From positions 101,630 through 165,629 of the forward strand of contig JBCCYL010000006.1 of assembly GCA_039189765.1 (NCBI GenBank): a stretch of 64,000 bases of DNA, given 5' to 3'. Source of the stretch: Cyanobacteria bacterium P01_F01_bin.150 (GTDB lineage: Bacteria; Cyanobacteriota; Cyanobacteriia; CAKZMO01). A program made the position numbers and the translations under genes. The notes beneath the pieces are model-generated. The model saw only the letters and a program-made list of their open reading frames with translations, did no database searches and was not told the origin of the DNA. Positions 58,096 to 64,000 of the stretch are shown here, piece by piece. Each line of letters begins with the position of its first letter. The stretch's first letter is position 1.

Positions 58096-59559
58096 TTAGA
58101 GTGATGTTGCCCAGTCCTTCGCCCAAGCCAGATTTGCCTGCACCTCCTCCATTGTTAGCGCCTCGGAATAGAGGCGGAGAACGGGTTCAGTGCCGCTAAA
58201 GCGAATTAATAGCCAGCTATCGTTTTTCAGAGTGAACTTGTAGCCATCGATTGTGAGACAGTCGGTCACAGCATGGCCAGCGACTTCTGTGGGGGTGTTG
58301 TTTTGCAACGTTTCCAGAAGTTTGGCACGCACTTCCATATTGGCCAGGGGCAAGTCAATGCGGTCATACTGGGAGACGTAGTTGGTTTTCGTTTGGAGAT
58401 TGGAGTACAAGTCGCTCAGATCCATGCCTGATTGCACCACGGCATCTAAGACATACATGGAGGACAACAGGGCATCTCGTTCTGGGATGTGGTGACCGTA
58501 ACCAATACCACCGGATTCTTCTCCTCCCAATAGAGCTGGTGCTTCAAGCATGCGGTCGGCGATGTACTTGTAGCCAATGGGGGTCTCGTAAACTGGCAGG
58601 TCATAAAGCGCGGCAACTTTAGGAAATAGGTTAGAGCCACTAATCGTTTTAATGACTTCTCCTTTGTAGCTTCGACGTGTGGCTAAATATTCAATCAAAA
58701 TAGGGATGAGGATTTGGGAGCTAAGGAAGTTTCCTTTCCCATCGACTGCTGCAATGCGATCGCTGTCTCCATCAAACACAAGGCCCACGGTCAGACCTGT
58801 ATTTTCTGCATTACTGTGGTCTTTAATCTGACCCAACAAGTCTGGTAAATACTTGGGTAATGGTTCCGGTGCACCACCGTCGAATAGGGGATCACGGTTA
58901 CCGTTGAGTTCATTGATAGAACAGCCCAGAATTTGCTCGACACCACTGGCTGCCGAGCCGTGCATGACGTCGGCAAAGACTGTGAGTTTACCGGCAGCGA
59001 TCGCCTCTTTAATCGGTCCAATGTCCACCTTATCGCGAATGGATTGGCAGTAGCTGGGCCATGGATTAAAGGCAGTAATTGTCCCTTGTGTATCACTAGT
59101 AGGCACACCATCCGGCAGCATAGCCTCGATTTTCTGGGTCACATCTTGGGTAACGGAACCACCAAAGCCCCCTTTGACCTTCAGCCCCAAGTAGCTACCG
59201 GGATTATGGCTAGCTGTGAGAACGACTGCACCCAGAGCTTTTTGATCGAATGCGGCCCAGCTAAACGAGGGTGTGGGGGCGTAGCATTCTGACAGCATTA
59301 CATCAAAGCCAACAGCGGCGATCGCTTCAGCGGCAATTTGGGCAAAATCTTCGGCCATAAAGCGGCGATCGTAGCCGACAATGACAGTATTACTATTAAT
59401 CGTGTCGCCATAGCTTTGTTTAAGGGCGATCGCAGCGAGGGGAGCGACTACAGCAACGCGATCGTAGGTAAAGTCAGCGGCAATTAAACCGCGCCAACCG
59501 TCGGTGCCAAATTTAATGGGCTTGCCAATAAAAGCGTTAGGAGAAAGCTTAGCTGCCAT
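58096..59559 (-). CDS. Phosphoglucomutase/phosphomannomutase family protein
   Basis: FGTDGWRG, TASHNP, DGDSDR, GEESGG, RFSGTEP. Confidence 0.95.
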   Translation of the reverse strand: MAAKLSPNAFIGKPIKFGTDGWRGLIAADFTYDRVAVVAPLAAIALKQSYGDTINSNTVIVGYDRRFMAEDFAQIAAEAIAAVGFDVMLSECYAPTPSFSWAAFDQKALGAVVLTASHNPGSYLGLKVKGGFGGSVTQDVTQKIEAMLPDGVPTSDTQGTITAFNPWPSYCQSIRDKVDIGPIKEAIAAGKLTVFADVMHGSAASGVEQILGCSINELNGNRDPLFDGGAPEPLPKYLPDLLGQIKDHSNAENTGLTVGLVFDGDSDRIAAVDGKGNFLSSQILIPILIEYLATRRSYKGEVIKTISGSNLFPKVAALYDLPVYETPIGYKYIADRMLEAPALLGGEESGGIGYGHHIPERDALLSSMYVLDAVVQSGMDLSDLYSNLQTKTNYVSQYDRIDLPLANMEVRAKLLETLQNNTPTEVAGHAVTDCLTIDGYKFTLKNDSWLLIRFSGTEPVLRLYSEALTMEEVQANLAWAKDWATSL

Positions 59560-59698
59560 AGGAATTCAAAATAGTAGGGTATAAGTAATGATTCAGTTAT
59601 ATGCTGAGATCCGACCCTAGTGTATCCGGCATTTAGACTGTGATGCCAGTGAAATCTGGGACTCCATAACAGAATCTTTATATGGCCTGACACTAAAG

Positions 59699-60895
59699 TT
59701 ATTTAGCAAATGAAGAATTGGTGCACATGTCGCTATTGTGGTCCCTAGTCCATGGGTTCTGAAACATTCGTAGCGAGAAGAATCCAGGCGGTGATGATAA
59801 CGATGGTGGTGATAGTCTGGACAGCAATACAGTAGATGAAACGTTTGGTTCGTAAAAAGGTTGAGCGACTGAAGACTGTTCAATTTTATCAAGGTATAAA
59901 TGTAGACTCGGAGTTGTTTCCCGAGGTTCTGAGATGGTATTTGAGATTGCTGAGATTGGTTGAACTGGCGTAACTTCTACCTGCTTAACCGTGGCTCGCT
60001 GTTCTAAGAACCGCAAAAGACGTTCGGTGGTTTCTTGGGCTTCGAGCATCTGACCAAGGCGACCATAGGTTTTCATTAGGTCTGAGTAAATCAAATCATA
60101 GGCTGCTACGGGATCATAGGAATCAGCATTTGATGAGGGAGGCGACGATATGGCGTTTTCCTCTAAGAGGCTTAGCCCATGGTTGTATGTTTCGATTGCT
60201 GCTTTGTCATTGCCGATGATGCCGTAGGTTCTTCCGAGTTGTTGAATGCCTAATATGGCTTCTTCAAATTGTGTATGGGCTATAGCGACATCAGTGCTCT
60301 TTTGAAATGAAATCAGAGCCATATCATGGGCATCGTTCTGGAGATACATATCGCCTATCTGTCGCCAACTCTGGGAGACTAAGGCCCACTGCTGTTGACG
60401 TTCTGCAAATTCAATCCATTTTTCTTCGAGGGCAATAATTTGGTTATCCTGGCCTAGGAGCTGATGTAATTGTCGGCCAATGTTAAAAACATTCCGGTAT
60501 GTTTGAATTTCTTCGTCTGTTTTAGCAACTGATGGTAATGTCGCAATGCCTCGATTGACCCAACTCTGGGCGTCGTCATCTGCACAGTGACGATAGTGAA
60601 GCGCAACAATTTCTGCCAGCGCTATGTTGAGACGGTCAATATCCTGGGAGTGAACTGCTGCTTCAAAGGCTTGCTCGTAGGCTGAACCTAGGTCATCATA
60701 GCCTGCGCCCTCATTCTTCAATACGTTAGCGTCTTGTAATTTCTGGGCTGCTTGTGATGGTACTGAATTAACTGAGGCTGGAGCCGTTAGGGGTTGGGCG
60801 ATCGCTTTTACTGCTAAGAATGTGATGGGGAAAACAAAGCCCAGGCTGACCGCTAATATTGCGGCTGCAATTCTGGTGACAATTGTTTTCGTCAT
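59699..60895 (-). CDS. Secreted TPR-like helical-repeat protein (paralog A)
   Basis: Signal-peptide-like N-terminus from ATG 60895, TPR-like helices, strong similarity to 61982-63652. Confidence 0.75.
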   Translation of the reverse strand: MTKTIVTRIAAAILAVSLGFVFPITFLAVKAIAQPLTAPASVNSVPSQAAQKLQDANVLKNEGAGYDDLGSAYEQAFEAAVHSQDIDRLNIALAEIVALHYRHCADDDAQSWVNRGIATLPSVAKTDEEIQTYRNVFNIGRQLHQLLGQDNQIIALEEKWIEFAERQQQWALVSQSWRQIGDMYLQNDAHDMALISFQKSTDVAIAHTQFEEAILGIQQLGRTYGIIGNDKAAIETYNHGLSLLEENAISSPPSSNADSYDPVAAYDLIYSDLMKTYGRLGQMLEAQETTERLLRFLEQRATVKQVEVTPVQPISAISNTISEPRETTPSLHLYLDKIEQSSVAQPFYEPNVSSTVLLSRLSPPSLSSPPGFFSLRMFQNPWTRDHNSDMCTNSSFAK

Positions 60896-61038
60896 AACGA
60901 CTCCAAGGGGTTGAGAAACTAGAGGGCAGAATACTGGCATTGATGCGATTATTTATTGACGATCAGTTGCATTAACCGTTATTCTACCGCTCTACTTTTC
61001 TCTCTTGGGTGGATTGCTCCTAATTGAGCATTATTTAA

Positions 61039-61905
61039 TTAGTTGAGTTTGTCTTGGGTTTGGGTTTCAAAATCTCTAGCAGCATGGCGTTCATGGAGTT
61101 GTTCGTGCTTGGGTCCCCAGGTGCGATTGACCATGCGACCCCGCTGAACGGCAGGACGAGTATCGATTGCGTTTGCCCATCTCAGCACGTTAGTGTAAGA
61201 CTGCGCTTCTAAAAACTCAGCGGCATCATAGAGACGGTTTAAAACGAGTCCTCCATACCAGGGCCAAATGGCAATATCGGCGATCGTGTAATGATCACCA
61301 GCCATGTATTGCCTATCGGCTAGGTGACGATCAAGCACGTCTAGTTGGCGCTTGGTTTCCATGGTAAAGCGATCGATACAGTACTTTATCTTGGTGGGTG
61401 CATAGCTATAAAAATGGCCAAAGCCTCCGCCAACGTAGGGTGCTGAGCCTATCTGCCAGAAAAGCCATGACAGACATTCGGTTCTTTGAGCGATTTCTGT
61501 GGGCAAAAGCACGTTAAATTTTTCTGCCAGGTATAGAAGAATCGACCCTGACTCAAAAACACGGGTGGGAGAGGTGGTACTGTGATCGACCAGGGCCGGA
61601 ATTTTGGAATTAGGATTGACCTCTACAAAGCCACTGCCAAACTGATCGCCTTGGTCAATGCGAATTAGATAAGCGTCATATTCTGCTTCGGTAATGCCGA
61701 GAGCTAGCAGCTCTTCCAGCATAATCGTTATCTTTTGGCCATTGGGGGTTGCCAGGGAATAAAGCTGGAGGGGATGTTGACCAATGGGCAAGGCTTGATC
61801 GTGGGTTGGGCCTGCTATGGGACGATTAATTTTGGCCCAGGTGCCGCCGCTTTCAGTGTCTTGGGTCCAGACTGTGGGTGGAATATAAGGTTGTTGTGAT
61901 GTCAT
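61039..61905 (-). CDS. yghU: Glutathione S-transferase family disulfide oxidoreductase (YghU-like)
   Basis: INRPIAGPT, LYSLATPNGQK, NPNSKIPAL, FESGSIL, GGGFGHFY, LHERH. Confidence 0.9.
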   Translation of the reverse strand: MTSQQPYIPPTVWTQDTESGGTWAKINRPIAGPTHDQALPIGQHPLQLYSLATPNGQKITIMLEELLALGITEAEYDAYLIRIDQGDQFGSGFVEVNPNSKIPALVDHSTTSPTRVFESGSILLYLAEKFNVLLPTEIAQRTECLSWLFWQIGSAPYVGGGFGHFYSYAPTKIKYCIDRFTMETKRQLDVLDRHLADRQYMAGDHYTIADIAIWPWYGGLVLNRLYDAAEFLEAQSYTNVLRWANAIDTRPAVQRGRMVNRTWGPKHEQLHERHAARDFETQTQDKLN

Positions 61906-61981
61906 TGGTGATTTGAGGATTAGTTAAGACCTGTCGTGATAGTAGTTCAACACTAAGAGGGGTTTTGTGCGATCGCCACTC

Positions 61982-63652
61982 TTAGTGTGGCGATGAGGGA
62001 ATGGGGGATCTTGTTGGAAGAAGTTGAGATGGAGGAGCAGGTAATGAAGGAGGCATTGGAGTGAGCAAGGGTGCGAGATCAGGTGGTGATGGACTATTCC
62101 ATGGAGATAGAATTGCTGGTCGAGTCACTCCTGCCTGTATGCACATATCACTGTCATAATTTCTGGATAGAGTATAGGACAACGGAAATAATGGCTGAAC
62201 TCCAAAGCCCGGTAATGGATTCCTGGGAACTGGTTGCCGTGGAGTGGCATGTGGATAGAGAATTTGGGCCACTGCATACTGTTCGGTTTGATCCAGGATT
62301 AAATGTAGGTCCAAAATGGTATCAACTACGTCGTTGTAAGTAGAGCCTTGGTAAGAGAAGTCGTTTTTCTGTGAATCAATATCAACGGCAAGGCGTTCAT
62401 GGTACCTGAGCGCCAGGGAATAGTTATCCTGCGCAAGATAGCTTTGGCCCATTAGCCACAATATAGTGCGGTAGGGCGCGCGATCTTTTTCATCCCTTCT
62501 TGCTTCGTCAAACGTAGGCTGCAATTCAAAGGCACGTTGCCCTAGTTCAATGGCTTGGTTGAAATCCTCGTTCGCGTGGGCAATTTCCATAAGACGGACG
62601 AGACTTTGCCACTCTCCTCTCTTGTAGCCGATGGCCCTACTGAAGGCTATTCCCTCGTTTAGAAGCATGGAGTCAGAGGCTTGGGACGTATGTGAGATGG
62701 TTACGATGTGTTCAATACGCTCGACTGTTGCCTTTTGTTCCATAAATCGCAGAAAACGATTAACTGTCTGTTCGACTTCGACTGATGTTTGTTCAGTTTC
62801 GGCTGATTGATCAAGCTGACTGTAGATCAGCATAAGGTCGGCATATAGTAAGGAATAGGCGGCTAGAGTATCGTATTGATAAGTGGTAAGGGCTGGAGTC
62901 CATGAGACCACATTCTCTTCTAACAGAGTGAACCCGTCTTGATAGGCTGCGATCGCTGCTGTATCGTTGCCAAACATTTTATGAGTGCGGCCAATTTCTT
63001 GGGTTGTCAATATGGCTTCTTGTAATCGTGCATGGGTAATCGCCACATCCATGCTCGCTTGAAACGAGTCAAACGCCTTATCATAATTCTCTGAGCCAAT
63101 ATACGTTTTGCCTATATCTCGCCATCCTCGAGACACCGCGTCCCAATGTTGACTGCGTTCAGCGAATTCAATCCATTGTTGTTCAATGGTGACTATTTGG
63201 TCTGGCTGTTTTAGTGCTCGATACAGTCTTTTCCCAGTGTTGAAAATATTCCGATAGGTTTGGATTGAGACGTCTTCGGTCATAACTGACGGTAATGCAT
63301 CAATTCCGCGATCGACCCAACGCTGAGCATCCGTATCTGCACAGTGTCTGTAGTGAGCTGAGATTAATGCTATTAACGCTCTGTTTAGGTTGCCAATCGA
63401 TTGTTCTTGAGCGGCGGCTTCAAATGCCTGCTCATAGGCGGTAACGATGGCAGCATACCCTGCACCTCTACGTTTTAGATCGTTGGCGTTTTGTAATGTC
63501 TGATCTGCCTGTGATTGGTCTAAGCTTGATGGTGTTTGAAGGGTCAGTGACTGGGCGATCGCTTTTAATTCCAGCAAGGGAGTAGGGGGCATAATGCTAA
63601 AACCTACACTCAAGAGTGCGATCGCGATTTTTGAGCAAACTGTTTTTTTCAT
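61982..63652 (-). CDS. Secreted TPR-like helical-repeat protein with Pro-rich tail (paralog B)
   Basis: Signal-peptide-like N-terminus from ATG 63652; shares HYRHCAD, IQTYRN, WIEFAER and SDMC motifs with paralog A. Confidence 0.75.
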   Translation of the reverse strand: MKKTVCSKIAIALLSVGFSIMPPTPLLELKAIAQSLTLQTPSSLDQSQADQTLQNANDLKRRGAGYAAIVTAYEQAFEAAAQEQSIGNLNRALIALISAHYRHCADTDAQRWVDRGIDALPSVMTEDVSIQTYRNIFNTGKRLYRALKQPDQIVTIEQQWIEFAERSQHWDAVSRGWRDIGKTYIGSENYDKAFDSFQASMDVAITHARLQEAILTTQEIGRTHKMFGNDTAAIAAYQDGFTLLEENVVSWTPALTTYQYDTLAAYSLLYADLMLIYSQLDQSAETEQTSVEVEQTVNRFLRFMEQKATVERIEHIVTISHTSQASDSMLLNEGIAFSRAIGYKRGEWQSLVRLMEIAHANEDFNQAIELGQRAFELQPTFDEARRDEKDRAPYRTILWLMGQSYLAQDNYSLALRYHERLAVDIDSQKNDFSYQGSTYNDVVDTILDLHLILDQTEQYAVAQILYPHATPRQPVPRNPLPGFGVQPLFPLSYTLSRNYDSDMCIQAGVTRPAILSPWNSPSPPDLAPLLTPMPPSLPAPPSQLLPTRSPIPSSPH

Positions 63653-64000
63653 AACAAGTCCACTGGGCTTCAGAATAGTTTTGTGGATGCGATTGGCTAT
63701 TGAAGAGCGATCGCATGCCTGATATTCTACAGCCTGATTTGATACTGACGTTGGGAAAGATTTTGCGGACACTTAGGGTTTGAATTGCCCTATTTGCTCA
63801 TGTTCGAGTTCAATCTTTGTGCTTCGATTAAGGATTTGATTGAGCCAGTCATGTTCGGCTGAAGTGGACCCAAGTATTGGGACAACTTTTGGAGATCTCT
63901 AAGCTCTGAGAAGGATAGATCTCCTGTATTATCACCTAATTCTCTACTATCCTGTTCAAATTGCCCTTAAGAGATACTTTTTTCAAGCTTTTCCTGATAG

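Overview
Cyanobacterial chromosome segment, probably from a filamentous lineage. This is supported by very frequent HIP1 GCGATCGC sites, psaF/psaJ, clpR/clpP, a pilB-pilT-pilC cluster divergent from grpE-dnaK-dnaJ, and a heptamer STRR repeat. Most of the window is housekeeping: clp operon, katG, truB, ligA, argH, dnaN, tsaD, trpC, iscS, rsgA, chaperones, type IV pilus motor genes, mutY and a phosphohexomutase. It also holds a likely replication origin, a TTTTCCACA DnaA-box cluster upstream of dnaN with no dnaA next to it. The accessory patches are the most interesting. (1) An AT-rich island at about 7.0-9.7 kb carries three tandem paralogs of a Trp/Cys-rich ~220-aa protein I cannot assign to any family, preceded by a 131-bp MITE with a 9-bp target-site duplication and followed by an aldo/keto reductase. 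(2) A peroxiredoxin lacking its peroxidatic Cys sits just upstream of katG. (3) A decayed iSTAND-like plus FGE-sulfatase locus at about 24.2-26.6 kb has in-frame stops falling mostly on expected Trp codons. (4) A 74-aa mini-gene resembles a subtilase C-terminal segment. (5) Two secreted TPR-like paralogs flank a GST gene. No rRNA, tRNA, CRISPR array, transposase or reverse transcriptase was recognised. All family calls are by-eye motif recognition, not database searches.
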